DNA of 64,000 nucleotides from Gemmatimonas sp. (GTDB taxonomy: Bacteria; Gemmatimonadota; Gemmatimonadetes; Gemmatimonadales; Gemmatimonadaceae), in assembly GCA_965279375.1 (NCBI GenBank), contig OZ257156.1:4736001-4800000 (forward strand), given 5' to 3'. Positions 38,818 to 48,613 of the stretch are shown here, piece by piece (positions within the stretch are counted from its first letter, which is position 1; the number at the start of each line of letters is the position of its first letter). The notes under the pieces were generated by a model. The model was not told the DNA's origin. It saw only the letters and a program-made list of their open reading frames with translations, and did no database searches. The translations under genes were made by a program, and so were the position numbers.

Positions 38818-41100
38818 TTAGCGGCCCGGCGGCGGCGTGGCGCCGTCGTCGAGGATGTGCGGGGTGACCAAGATGAGCAGGTCGCGCTTCGTCTCGTTCT
38901 TCGTGTTCTGCGAGAAGATGCGGCCGACGAACGGCAAGTTCATGAGCACCGGGATGCCGCTGCGGAAGCGCGTCGTTTCGGTGACCGTGAGACCGCCGAT
39001 GACTGCGGCTTCTCCGTCGGCGACGAGCACCTGCGATTCAGCGCGCTGGCGATTGAAGATCACGCCGACGTCCGTCGAGGCGATTTCTGCGCTCGAGTTT
39101 TCGGCCTTGATGTTCATGAGCACCATGCGGTTGTTGGTGATCTGCGGGGTGACCGAGAGCTTGATGCCGGCTTCTTCCTTGGACACGGACGCGCGCGGGA
39201 AGAAGGCCTGGGCGTTGGGCGAGTTGCCCGCGCCACCGCCGCTGCCGCCACCACCACCGCCGCCCTGTCCACCCGAGCTCGCGTCGATGACGCGGATGGG
39301 GATTTCCTGACCGACGAAGATTTCCGCGGAGCGGTTGTTGAGGATCGTGATGCTGGGCTCGGACTGCACGTCGGCGAGCGACGAGGTCTGCAGTGCGTTG
39401 AGGAACGCGGTGAGCTGATAGCGACCGAGTGCGGTGCTGTAGATCAGGTTGAGCGCGTTCGGCTTGATCGCATTGTTGGCGTTGGCGATACCGGCGATCG
39501 CGTTGCCGCCGAGTGCGATGCGCGCGGGGCCTTCGTAGGGTGAGCCGCCGCCGATGGCGTCGGGAACGCCGTCGCCGTTGGTGTCGATCGGGCCCATCGT
39601 GTTCGGATCGGTGCGCGGCACGAGCTGCTGGAAGAACTGCTTGTTGCCGGTGCCCAGGTCGTAGGCGAGTCCGATGTCCTGGATGCCCGTGCGATTGACG
39701 AAGATGATCTTCGCCTTGATCGCGACCTGCTGGGTGCGGACGTCGAGTTCCTTGAGGCGCGAGATGATCTCGGGCAGGCGCGACGGGACGTCGGTGATGA
39801 TCAGCTTGTTCGTTGCGCTATCGGCGACCACCGAGCCGCGCACGACGCAGCCCTGACCAGCGCCCGGGTTGTTCTGCTGCGAGTTGCCGCTGGTCTGATT
39901 CTGCGGCACGCCTGACTGCTGCGAGGTGAGGCCCGTGCAATCGCGTCCAAGGAGCGCGAGGACCGTCTTGGCGAGTGCCGTCGCCTTCGCGTAGTTCACG
40001 TCGACGACCTGCGTGATCGTCGGCTCGAGCGCCTGATTGGAGGCGAGGTTCTTGTAGCTGTCGACCGTGATGATGCCGCTGGCGTCTTCGGTGGCGGCGA
40101 GGCCCTGCGACTGCAGGATCGCCTGGAGGGCGACGTCCCACGGCTTGTCGCTGATGTCGGCGGTGACGTCTCCCTTGACGTCCTTGCCGACGACGATCGT
40201 GCGACCGGAGAAGGTGGCGAAGGCGGCGATGACATCGCGGATGTCGGTGCCGTCATAGCTGACCGTGATGCGCGGCTTCTGCTGCTGGCGACGCGGCGCT
40301 GGTGCCGAGCTGGCGGCGGGCGTCTGCGGCGCGGGTGCTTCAGCGCGATCGGCGTCAACGCGAAGCTTCTGCGCTGGCGTTGTGTTGATCGGCGTGCGGT
40401 CTGCCTTGGCGTCGGCCTGATTGGAGGCGTAGCTGGCTTCGGCGCGTGCGGTTTCGGCCTTGGCTTCCGCCTTCGCCGTCGCCTTGGCCTCGACGGGCGA
40501 CGCGGGCTTCTCGTCGTTCATCTTGGGCTTGGGGCGCGTCGAATCCACCGCACTGAGTACGATGACCGAGGGCGTGGCATCGAGTCGGCCGGCCGCGGAG
40601 GCGACGACCGTGTTGGTCGTGTTGGTCGTGGCCCACGGTGCGAAGGCGACGCTGCCGCCGTTCACCATGAGATGCAGTTCGCCGCCGTTGCGCGTGACCG
40701 AGTACTGGCGCGAGCCATCGAGATCGATGACGAGGCGCACCGTGTCGGCGCGGTACTGCGAGAGGCGGACGTTCTTGATGGCGCCGCGGACGAGGCCATC
40801 GTAGTTGGTGTTGCGCATCGCGAGGCTGGCACCGCCCAGGTCGACGACGAGGCGCGTGGGCCCGTCGATGACGAAGTGGTGCACGCTGATGCCGGTGTCG
40901 ATGGCGATCGTGACTTCAGCGCCGGCCGTCGCGGGAGCGACGCTGATGCTGGAGACGCGACCGCGACCGGGGGCTTCATCGGTGGCGACGACGGGGTGTG
41001 CCTTGAACGACTTGGCAGATTCCGTGCGGACTGTGGCGCTTCCGTGCGCTGCGAATGCGAGTGCCGCGGTGATCACCGCAACGGTCGTCGGTCCCATCAT
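38818..41100 (-). CDS. pilQ: Type IV pilus secretin with AMIN domain
   Basis: PTRLVVDL (AMIN), PWDVALQAIL, GIKLSVTPQI, GIPVLMNLP and LLILVTPHI motifs. Confidence 0.93.
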   Translation of the reverse strand: MMGPTTVAVITAALAFAAHGSATVRTESAKSFKAHPVVATDEAPGRGRVSSISVAPATAGAEVTIAIDTGISVHHFVIDGPTRLVVDLGGASLAMRNTNYDGLVRGAIKNVRLSQYRADTVRLVIDLDGSRQYSVTRNGGELHLMVNGGSVAFAPWATTNTTNTVVASAAGRLDATPSVIVLSAVDSTRPKPKMNDEKPASPVEAKATAKAEAKAETARAEASYASNQADAKADRTPINTTPAQKLRVDADRAEAPAPQTPAASSAPAPRRQQQKPRITVSYDGTDIRDVIAAFATFSGRTIVVGKDVKGDVTADISDKPWDVALQAILQSQGLAATEDASGIITVDSYKNLASNQALEPTITQVVDVNYAKATALAKTVLALLGRDCTGLTSQQSGVPQNQTSGNSQQNNPGAGQGCVVRGSVVADSATNKLIITDVPSRLPEIISRLKELDVRTQQVAIKAKIIFVNRTGIQDIGLAYDLGTGNKQFFQQLVPRTDPNTMGPIDTNGDGVPDAIGGGSPYEGPARIALGGNAIAGIANANNAIKPNALNLIYSTALGRYQLTAFLNALQTSSLADVQSEPSITILNNRSAEIFVGQEIPIRVIDASSGGQGGGGGGGSGGGAGNSPNAQAFFPRASVSKEEAGIKLSVTPQITNNRMVLMNIKAENSSAEIASTDVGVIFNRQRAESQVLVADGEAAVIGGLTVTETTRFRSGIPVLMNLPFVGRIFSQNTKNETKRDLLILVTPHILDDGATPPPGR

Positions 41101-41621
41101 GGGTTCCTCAGTTTCGTCGTGTCGCTGCTCAGTTGCAGCGTTTCCTGCCGATTGAATCCGAACTCGTCCAGCGTGAACTGCACCGACTTCTGCTTGATGC
41201 CGGAGACGCGCAGGCGACCGAGCTGCTGGCCGACGCGAATCCGGTACTGCGCCTTGGAGAAGCTGTCGCGCAGGATGGCGACCGAGTTGTCACCATCGGG
41301 ATCGAAGGCGACGGCGGTGAGGCGAAGGTCCGAGAGGAGCGGTCGCACATCGCTCGTGCTCATGAGCGAGTGGTAGGGATCGCGACGGCCGGAGCTGTTG
41401 TAGTCGAAGACTTCACGCTGGATGGTGATTTCAGCGGGCATGCCGGCGGCGCGCTTGGGCGCGGCGTTCGGTCCGACCGTGCCAGCGGAGACCGCAGTCA
41501 CCGCGGGGGTGCGATCGGCGGCCGACTGTGCGGCGAGCGTGGTGCTGCCGATCGACGCGAGCAGGAGCGCGACAGCAGCGGGAGCGAGCTTCGCGCGATG
41601 ACGAATCATTTGTCGATTCAT
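41097..41621 (-). CDS. pilP: PilP-like protein
   Basis: GRRDPY motif and C-terminal beta domain; located between pilO and pilQ. Confidence 0.7.
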   Translation of the reverse strand: MNRQMIRHRAKLAPAAVALLLASIGSTTLAAQSAADRTPAVTAVSAGTVGPNAAPKRAAGMPAEITIQREVFDYNSSGRRDPYHSLMSTSDVRPLLSDLRLTAVAFDPDGDNSVAILRDSFSKAQYRIRVGQQLGRLRVSGIKQKSVQFTLDEFGFNRQETLQLSSDTTKLRNP

Positions 41622-42241
41622 GATGACTTCTCCCGGGGTGCGACGACTTTGTTCGGCGTCGTGCGTTCGACGTAGGTCTGCAGCATGATGGTGGACGCGA
41701 GCGCGCCCTTCTGTGCCGTCTTGATCGGCGACTGCCCGCGGATTGGCGATCCGCTGACGATCGAGAAGGAGACGGGTGCGACGATGCGCGGAAGCGAACC
41801 GACGTTGGCGAGGAAGGCGCCGAACTGGTGGTATCCGCCGATGATGGTGACGGTGTAGCGATACGTGTCGAAGCGATCGCCGGGGATGACCGCCTCGGGG
41901 GTGACGCCACCGACATCGAGACCGGCGCGACGTGCGGCGGTGGAGACTTCTTCGAGCAGCGCGGGGACTTCCTGATCGGTGGGAACGAGGCGGCGCATGA
42001 CGACGAGTGCGGAGCGGTTTTCGGCCGCCTGTCCGCGCAGCGTTTCGATGCTACCGGACTTGAATTCGCGGGCCGCTTTCTGATTGGCCGTTTCGAGTTC
42101 CGTCAGTCGCGCGGTGTCGAGCGCGATCTGTTCTGACTTGGCGGCGTGCGGATAGAGCACGTACGCGGCAGTGAGCGCGATCGCGGCGAAGGCGATTCCG
42201 AACTTGATCTGGTCGCGCTTGGTGGTCGGCAGGAGAGCCAT
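41618..42241 (-). CDS. pilO: Type IV pilus protein PilO
   Basis: TM plus coiled coil, LVPTDQEVPALL and GGYHQFGAFL..LPRIV motifs. Confidence 0.9.
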   Translation of the reverse strand: MALLPTTKRDQIKFGIAFAAIALTAAYVLYPHAAKSEQIALDTARLTELETANQKAAREFKSGSIETLRGQAAENRSALVVMRRLVPTDQEVPALLEEVSTAARRAGLDVGGVTPEAVIPGDRFDTYRYTVTIIGGYHQFGAFLANVGSLPRIVAPVSFSIVSGSPIRGQSPIKTAQKGALASTIMLQTYVERTTPNKVVAPREKSS

Positions 42242-42254
42242 GGGATTCTCGAGA

Positions 42255-43019
42255 TCAGCGAACCGGGACGACAAGCGGCGAGGTCCGAACGACCCCAACC
42301 GGCGGCACTTCGTAGGCGGCGGTCAACTCGAACTGTGTGACGTCCTTGTTGTCGACCACGACGATCTCCGACTTGGTCAGCGCGACGCGCTGGATGAACG
42401 GAGAGCTTTCGAGCTGGCGCATGAACATCGTGAGCGCCTGGATGTCCACTGTCTGCCCGACGATGCGGAAGGCGATGTCGGGGTGGACGTTCACCGTGTC
42501 GGGCTTGGTCTTCGCGCTGTCCTTGGCGGCGGTCTTGGCGGCCGGCGTCATGGGCGTGCTGCCTGCGCGCGTGGTGTCGGCGCCTGGGGGCAGCGGTGCC
42601 TTGCTGGTCTGTTCCAGGATGGTGAGCCACGTGAACGCCGGGAGCGCGCGACTGACTTCGTCGAGGATGTGCGCCCAGTTGTAGCGATTGTCGTCGATGG
42701 TGCGGATGATCTGCAGCTGGCGGTGCACGGAGTCGCGTTCGGCGGTGAGCTTGCGTCGCGCGTCGAGCACCTTGGCGTAGCGCGTCGAATCACGCACGGC
42801 GCTTTCGAGCTTTCCGCTCAACTCGCTGGCGGCGGCCTGCTGCGACGTGAAGAGCACGCCGACCGTTGCAACCGCAACGATGACAGACGCGGCCGCGCCG
42901 ATGAGCCACGGATCGCGTACGCGTTCGGACACGCCGCCGACGAAGCCGGCGACGCTGACGGAGTTGCCGCCACGCGCGCTCTTCTTGGCGCCGGGCAGGA
43001 GGTTGATTTCTAGCATCAT
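42255..43019 (-). CDS. pilN: Type IV pilus protein PilN
   Basis: N-terminal EINLLP, TM, LP..WL and FMRQLESSPF motifs. Confidence 0.9.
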   Translation of the reverse strand: MMLEINLLPGAKKSARGGNSVSVAGFVGGVSERVRDPWLIGAAASVIVAVATVGVLFTSQQAAASELSGKLESAVRDSTRYAKVLDARRKLTAERDSVHRQLQIIRTIDDNRYNWAHILDEVSRALPAFTWLTILEQTSKAPLPPGADTTRAGSTPMTPAAKTAAKDSAKTKPDTVNVHPDIAFRIVGQTVDIQALTMFMRQLESSPFIQRVALTKSEIVVVDNKDVTQFELTAAYEVPPVGVVRTSPLVVPVR

Positions 43020-43030
43020 CGTCTGGGTCC

Positions 43031-44074
43031 TCAGGCGGCGGCGCGCAGTGCGAGACCGACCGGCAGCATCAGCAACGGTGCGATTTCGTCAGCGGAGAGA
43101 AACTCCATGGCCCCGTCGCGCACGCTGAGTCGGGCGAGCGAGTTGGCGGGCTCTACGGGAATGCGCAGGCGTTCGGAGAGCCACGGGAGCAGTCCCGGCA
43201 CGCGTGATCCACCACCGCAGGCGAAGACGGCGCGGATCTGGCCGAAGTTGCGTGAGGAGGTGGCGAGGAACGTGGAGGCGCGTTCGACACCGATGGCGAT
43301 TTCTTCACCGCGGAGTGCGACGGCGCCGTCGAGTTCGAGGGTGCGATCGTAGCCGCGCAGCATCTGCTCGCCTTCGTCGCCGCCGATTCCGTGTTCGCGC
43401 TGCAGGTCTTCGCGGAAGCGGCGCGTGCCGACCGTGAGATCGCGCGTGAGGATCGGTACGCCGTCGTCGAGGATGTTGAGATTCGTGACTTCGTTTCCGA
43501 TGTTGAGCAGGGCGACCGTGCCTTCCATCGCGTCGGGGTGATTCATCCCGAAGGCGTTGTGCAAGGCGAATGCATCGACGTCGATGATGGCGGGCGGTGC
43601 GCCGGCTTCATCGAGGAGATGACGACGTGCCTGCACGAGCTCGCGCTTGGCCGCAACGAGCAGGACGCTCATTTCGAGACCGTCGGCGTCGGGATCGAGG
43701 ATCTGGAAGTCGAGTTCGACGGATTCCATGTCGAACGGCACATGCTGTTCCGCTTCCCAGCGCATCAGTTCACGTGCCTGCGCTTCCTTGACTCGCTCGA
43801 TCGCGATCTTCTTGACGATGACATCGCGTCCACCGACGGCGGCGACGATGTGCTTCTTCTTGATGCCGGTTCCCTGGAGCGTCTGCCGAATGGCGTCGGC
43901 GACGAGCCCCGGGTCCATGACTTCGCCATCGACGATCGCCGTTTCGGCGAGCGGAGTGACGATGACCTTGGTGAGCTCGGGCGTGCCCGAGCTATGGTCA
44001 ATAACGGCAGCCTTAACGAGACCGGAACCGATATCGAGTCCGATGGTGATCTTCTTGCGGCCGAAGAGCTGCAT
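43031..44074 (-). CDS. pilM: Type IV pilus protein PilM
   Basis: IGLDIGSG, WEAEQHVPF, VLLVAAK, GGGS and VGLALR motifs. Confidence 0.95.
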   Translation of the reverse strand: MQLFGRKKITIGLDIGSGLVKAAVIDHSSGTPELTKVIVTPLAETAIVDGEVMDPGLVADAIRQTLQGTGIKKKHIVAAVGGRDVIVKKIAIERVKEAQARELMRWEAEQHVPFDMESVELDFQILDPDADGLEMSVLLVAAKRELVQARRHLLDEAGAPPAIIDVDAFALHNAFGMNHPDAMEGTVALLNIGNEVTNLNILDDGVPILTRDLTVGTRRFREDLQREHGIGGDEGEQMLRGYDRTLELDGAVALRGEEIAIGVERASTFLATSSRNFGQIRAVFACGGGSRVPGLLPWLSERLRIPVEPANSLARLSVRDGAMEFLSADEIAPLLMLPVGLALRAAA

Positions 44075-44309
44075 GGATCCCGGGGGTTGTGCGTGGTGGT
44101 CGTTGCGTCGCAAGGCAGCCGTGCGAGACACAGTTCGTGGGACACTTTGACCTGCCCCAATCGGACTATTCTCCCTCAAAACGACCGGCCCCTCACGAGG
44201 TAACGCCTCGTAGAGGACGAGCGCGGGCACGGCTGCCGACAGCGTGATAGTGTCGGCTCATGGGCTCCGGAACTGTTGCGCCGTTTCAGAGCGGGAGCAT
44301 TTCGTCGCG

Positions 44310-45350
44310 TCAGCGCTCGCTCCACTGGCGAAACGGACCGGTTTCCGGGGTTGCGATTGCCGCGATCGCGCGGCGCAGGGCGCATTGGTCGTAGCGAATG
44401 GTGGAGCCGCTACCGATGCGGGTGGCGCGTGTCGTCTGTCCGCGCACGAGCACGGCGCCGTCCACTTCGAGCCGCCCGCTCGAGGCGTCGAGCGCGCCGC
44501 GCACGAGCAGCATGCCTCGCAGGCGCAGCGTATCGTGCACGATGAGATCGTGATCGACGGCGAGCACGCCCTGATGCTGCCACAGGCCCGAGACGTGGAC
44601 GGCGGACGTATCGCGGAACAGCAGCGGCCGCCAAGGCGGCTCGACTGGGAGTGCCGCCGACGGTGGCGGACGAGACACGGCACGCGCCCTCACGAGTGGC
44701 CAGGCGCGATCGAAGTCGATGGCGTCTTGTGCGAGCGTACGCGGTGTGCTGGGCGCGCCGAGTCCGGAGATCGTCGCGGTGCTGTCGATGGTGGCCGGGT
44801 AGGCGCGCAGTCCATTGATCGACGCGGTGTCACGCCACGGGCCACATTCGTCATGTGGCGCCGAGTCGATGCCCGAGATGGTCGCGGTGCCCAGTACTCG
44901 CGCGGCGTCGATGATGAGTAGCGCCGAGTGGAGCGGTAGCGGCGGTGGTGCAAGGAAGAGGGCGCGAGCGGTGGTGCGTTGAGCGCGCGTTGGGGCGCCA
45001 TCGGTCTGGCTTTGGGCGTCGGCGGAGATGAGGGCAGCGAGGGGCTGTGTGCGCGTGACCGTGATGTCGACGTCGATCCCGGCGGCGGTGCGCTGGCGTG
45101 TGGTGCGAGTTGCGCCGATGCCGACTCGCGCGAACTGTTCGGCGGTCCACGCGGCGAAGGTGGTGGCGATGGCTTCGTCGGTGGCGAGCAGTGCGCGCTC
45201 GCCGTTCCACGCTTGACGTGCGGCGCGGGAGGCGCGCCATGCGGCGAATTGCGCGCTGGCGGCGAGGAGTGCGACGAGTATCGTGGCCACGATGACCAGC
45301 GGGAGCACGAACCCATTGCGGGCGCGATGCGCTCGAGGGTTAGGGTGCAC
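44310..45350 (-). CDS. PilX-like minor pilin
   Basis: RARNG|FVLPLVIV prepilin-like leader without E5; last minor pilin before pilM. Confidence 0.7.
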   Translation of the reverse strand: MHPNPRAHRARNGFVLPLVIVATILVALLAASAQFAAWRASRAARQAWNGERALLATDEAIATTFAAWTAEQFARVGIGATRTTRQRTAAGIDVDITVTRTQPLAALISADAQSQTDGAPTRAQRTTARALFLAPPPLPLHSALLIIDAARVLGTATISGIDSAPHDECGPWRDTASINGLRAYPATIDSTATISGLGAPSTPRTLAQDAIDFDRAWPLVRARAVSRPPPSAALPVEPPWRPLLFRDTSAVHVSGLWQHQGVLAVDHDLIVHDTLRLRGMLLVRGALDASSGRLEVDGAVLVRGQTTRATRIGSGSTIRYDQCALRRAIAAIATPETGPFRQWSER

Positions 45351-46236
45351 GACCGATTCCTCCGCGCAATGCGACGACGAGCAGCACCGAGTCAGCGATT
45401 GCAGGGGGTCCGGCGCCGGCGCGCGGTGTCAGTGCTATTGGCGCGCGCAGTTCGATGCGGACCAACGCGGCCGTGGTGTCGCCGGGCGCGAGGAGGTTGT
45501 CTCTGGTGTCTCGCACGCTGATGAAGAGCCCGCGCGCGGTGGTGGAGCGGAGGGGGCCCGCGACCGGCTGCACGACGTCCCAGCCGGCGGGGCCGAGTTC
45601 TCGTCGGCCGAGGTACCATTGGGAGGCGCTGCGGTAGAGCAGGTATCGGGTGCGGCGGTGGAGGCGGACGGGGGTACCGACGGCGGCGTCGGCGGGGAGC
45701 GTATCGACGAGGCGGAGAAGAGTCGCGGGCGCGAGAGGCGTCGCGGAGCTGTCGAGGATCGGTGAGGAGAGGCACCCTGCCGTCGTTGAGAGCGAGCGGA
45801 GGTTGGAGCGGTATTCGTGGGGCGTGAGTGTGGAGTCGGTTGGCGCGAGGAAGAGGGAGACGTCGTCGTCTGGTTGCGCGGGTGTGCGCCAGCTCGTGTG
45901 TGCGCGAATGCTCGCGTTGGCGGGTGTGAGGATGATGCGATCGCGTGGTCCGCGTGCGGCGCAGACGATGCCCGTGCCGACCGTGGCGGAAAATTCGATG
46001 CTACTGTCGGTCCACGCGTGCAGGTCGGACGCTTGGAGGGAGCGCAACTCCGACGCGAGGACCGCGGCGGCGTGTCGGAGTTCGTGCGACGCGGCGAGAG
46101 TGCGGTCGGTGCGTTGCGCGACGCGCTGTGTACTGAGGAGGAGCAGGATGGCGAGTGCGGCGAGCAGCGCGAGGAGCGGAATCGCGATGACCAACTCGAT
46201 CACTGTCGAACCGCGGGCGCGTGTGGTCAGGGGCAT
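45340..46236 (-). CDS. PilW-like minor pilin
   Basis: RARG|STVIELVIA class III signal-like sequence followed by a hydrophobic helix. Confidence 0.7.
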   Translation of the reverse strand: MPLTTRARGSTVIELVIAIPLLALLAALAILLLLSTQRVAQRTDRTLAASHELRHAAAVLASELRSLQASDLHAWTDSSIEFSATVGTGIVCAARGPRDRIILTPANASIRAHTSWRTPAQPDDDVSLFLAPTDSTLTPHEYRSNLRSLSTTAGCLSSPILDSSATPLAPATLLRLVDTLPADAAVGTPVRLHRRTRYLLYRSASQWYLGRRELGPAGWDVVQPVAGPLRSTTARGLFISVRDTRDNLLAPGDTTAALVRIELRAPIALTPRAGAGPPAIADSVLLVVALRGGIGRAP

Positions 46237-46775
46237 TGGCGCGCGGTGCTGAGGGAGAGTTGTACGGAGTCGCGGATGGAGAGCGGCGACGGTGTGGCGC
46301 GCGCAGTGATGATCTGCGTCGGTGGAGTGTTGCGCGGCGTACTGCTGGTGACCGTGAGTCTTGCGCCGTAGAGGGGCGGCTGCGTGCGGAGCGTATCGCA
46401 GAGCTGTGCGATCGCGTGTTCGGCGACCGATGTCGCGGCGGCCTGTGCGTGTGCGACGAGAAGGGCGTCGTCGGCGAGGGTGGCCAGCGCTCGGGTGCTG
46501 GCGGTGACTGCGAGCCCCGCGACGCTCAGGAGTGCGATCGCGATCAGCGCGTCGAGAAAGAACCGGCCGTGGCGCGGCTTCCTGGTGCGGTTGTGAGGTG
46601 CGCCTACTCGCGCGCTGAGCGTTGCACTGCAATTTCGCGCCGGCGCGCTACGATTGAACGAACGGCGTACGCGCGATCGTGGCGTGGGCGCGCAACGTGG
46701 CCGTCCTGCAGTGGGCGCGAGGCGCGGCGTCGAAGATGTACGGTTGTCCAGCCAGCGGCGAGATGGGAAGCGCAT
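46227..46775 (-). CDS. PilV-like minor pilin (start uncertain)
   Basis: RKPRHG|RFFLDALIAIALL degenerate prepilin motif and two Cys in the C-terminal region; stop overlaps the next gene. Confidence 0.5.
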   Translation of the reverse strand: MRFPSRRWLDNRTSSTPRLAPTAGRPRCAPTPRSRVRRSFNRSAPARNCSATLSARVGAPHNRTRKPRHGRFFLDALIAIALLSVAGLAVTASTRALATLADDALLVAHAQAAATSVAEHAIAQLCDTLRTQPPLYGARLTVTSSTPRNTPPTQIITARATPSPLSIRDSVQLSLSTARQCP

Positions 46776-46832
46776 GGGCGCACGATGGTGTCGTCCGTGC
46801 GCCCGACCGTCACCCAAACGTTTCGCGCTGTG

Positions 46833-48005
46833 CTATTCGGATGCGACGCCGAGTAGGCCGCTGGAGGAGTGGAGCGGAAGGAGGATGACGAAGGCGGCGC
46901 CGCCTTCGCGGGCTCGCTGCACCCAGATCGTGCCGCCCAAATTTTCGATCGTGCTGGCGACGATCGCGAGGCCGAGTCCCGTGCCCTTCCCCGGTTGTTT
47001 GGTGGAAAAGAACGGTTCGAAGATGCGCTCTTCATCTTCGGGTGCGACGCCCGTACCCGAGTCGGCAATCACGATCTGCAGAAAGCGATCAGGCGATTCC
47101 GGCCGGGCGAGCCAGGCCAACGCTCTGCGACTTGGTCGATGCGTCCAGCGTTCGCCGGGGCTATCGGTACGACGCTTTTCGGAGACTTCGCCGAAGTCGG
47201 AGACGTCGTTGATGCGCGTGCGGATGACGACCAGTCCGTCGCGATCCATCGCGTCGGCCGCGTTCAGCAGCAGGTTGACGAATACCTGTTCGAGGTCGTG
47301 TCGCTCGGCGTATACGACGCCTTCCGGCGCTTCGAGCTGCGGCGCCATGCGGAAGCGACGCGTGATTCCCTGGTCAGCGAGGAGTCGGAGTACGTCCTTG
47401 ATGACGTCGTCGACGACGACCGGCTTGGGCGTGAGGCGGCGCGGACGCGAGTAGTCGAGCAAGCCGCGCATGATGCGATCGATGCGACCGATTTCTCGTT
47501 CGAGCGCGTCGAGCGCTTCCGTCGTGCCGGAGACGCCCTCGGTGCGCATTCTGAGAACGTGCGCGTAGTTGGCGATGGCGGAGAGTGGGTTGCCAATCTC
47601 GTGTGATACACCCGCCGCGATCCGCCCCATCGTGGCCAACTTTTCGACGCGCATGCGTAGCTGGTTGGCGGCGAGGAGCTGCTCGGTCATGCGATTGATG
47701 CTCGTGGCCAGCTGATCGAATTCCAACGTGGTGCCTGGCGGGACGCGCTTACCTGTTTCGCCGAGCGCGATCGCTTCAGCGGCCGCCACACACGCCGCCA
47801 AGGGATCCTCCACCACTCGCTCCACCTCTCGACGCATCACCATGGCCCAGACGATGGAGACGAGGGTGAGGAGGAGGAGGACAACCGGCCAGCGTGCGCT
47901 GCTGGGGAGGAACTCGGTAAGCCACATCGACGCGATGACGCCGACGAGGGCACTGAGGCTGGTCGTCGCCAGCACGTAGCTCAATCGCGCATGAATGCGC
48001 GGCAC
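46833..48005 (-). CDS. Membrane histidine kinase with HAMP domain (NtrB-like)
   Basis: Two TMs, HAMP, SHEIGNPL, QVFVNLLLNA, DSGTG, FEPFFSTK and GTGLGL motifs; GTG start at 48005. Confidence 0.9.
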   Translation of the reverse strand: MPRIHARLSYVLATTSLSALVGVIASMWLTEFLPSSARWPVVLLLLTLVSIVWAMVMRREVERVVEDPLAACVAAAEAIALGETGKRVPPGTTLEFDQLATSINRMTEQLLAANQLRMRVEKLATMGRIAAGVSHEIGNPLSAIANYAHVLRMRTEGVSGTTEALDALEREIGRIDRIMRGLLDYSRPRRLTPKPVVVDDVIKDVLRLLADQGITRRFRMAPQLEAPEGVVYAERHDLEQVFVNLLLNAADAMDRDGLVVIRTRINDVSDFGEVSEKRRTDSPGERWTHRPSRRALAWLARPESPDRFLQIVIADSGTGVAPEDEERIFEPFFSTKQPGKGTGLGLAIVASTIENLGGTIWVQRAREGGAAFVILLPLHSSSGLLGVASE

Positions 48006-48094
48006 GGAAGAATTGGACACGGCCCACGATGCGCATTCGTCACGATGTCGGCAACCACCTGCTACTCGGCGATGCGCACTCGATGAGGCAAATG

Positions 48095-48123
48095 AAAAAG
48101 GGGCCGAGCTTTCGCTCGGCCCC
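48095..48123 (-). terminator. Intrinsic terminator after pilA copy 1
   Basis: Minus strand GGGGCCGAGC-GAAA-GCTCGGCCCC-TTTTT. Confidence 0.85.
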
Positions 48124-48165
48124 CCAGGCCCCGGCTCTGGAGAGCCGGGTGTGTTGCGATGGACC

Positions 48166-48543
48166 TTACTTGCAGGTCGCGCCGCCCGGCTCACCTTCGG
48201 CCTGACCAGCCGGCGTGGCGCTGCCGACACCGATGGCGCAGGTGGAACCCGTCGCGTTGGCGTGCGTGGCCTGACCCGACCAGCCCGTCGCCGTGGCGGC
48301 GGTCACGCTGAGGGCAACGCCCGACGAACCAGCCGGCGCCGTGAAGCCAGCGTACGTGTTGTTGTCCGAGAACCACGCTTCAGCGGCCGGGACGAGGTTC
48401 TTGAGGTCCGACTTCATTGCCGTGATGTAGGCCTTCTTCTTCGTGTCGGCGAACTTCGGAATCGCGATCGCGGCCAGGATGCCGATGATGACGACGACGA
48501 TGAGGAGTTCGATGAGGGTGAAACCCTTGCGAGTGCGCTTCAT
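48166..48543 (-). CDS. pilA: Type IVa major pilin, copy 1
   Basis: RKG|FTLIELLIVVVIIGILAAIAIPKF and a C-terminal Cys pair. Confidence 0.93.
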   Translation of the reverse strand: MKRTRKGFTLIELLIVVVIIGILAAIAIPKFADTKKKAYITAMKSDLKNLVPAAEAWFSDNNTYAGFTAPAGSSGVALSVTAATATGWSGQATHANATGSTCAIGVGSATPAGQAEGEPGGATCK

Positions 48544-48613
48544 GAGAGAAACTCCGAGACGGGGTGTTGATACGTCGCCGAAGCCCGTGTGGCTCAGCGC
48601 ATGCCTGATGCTA

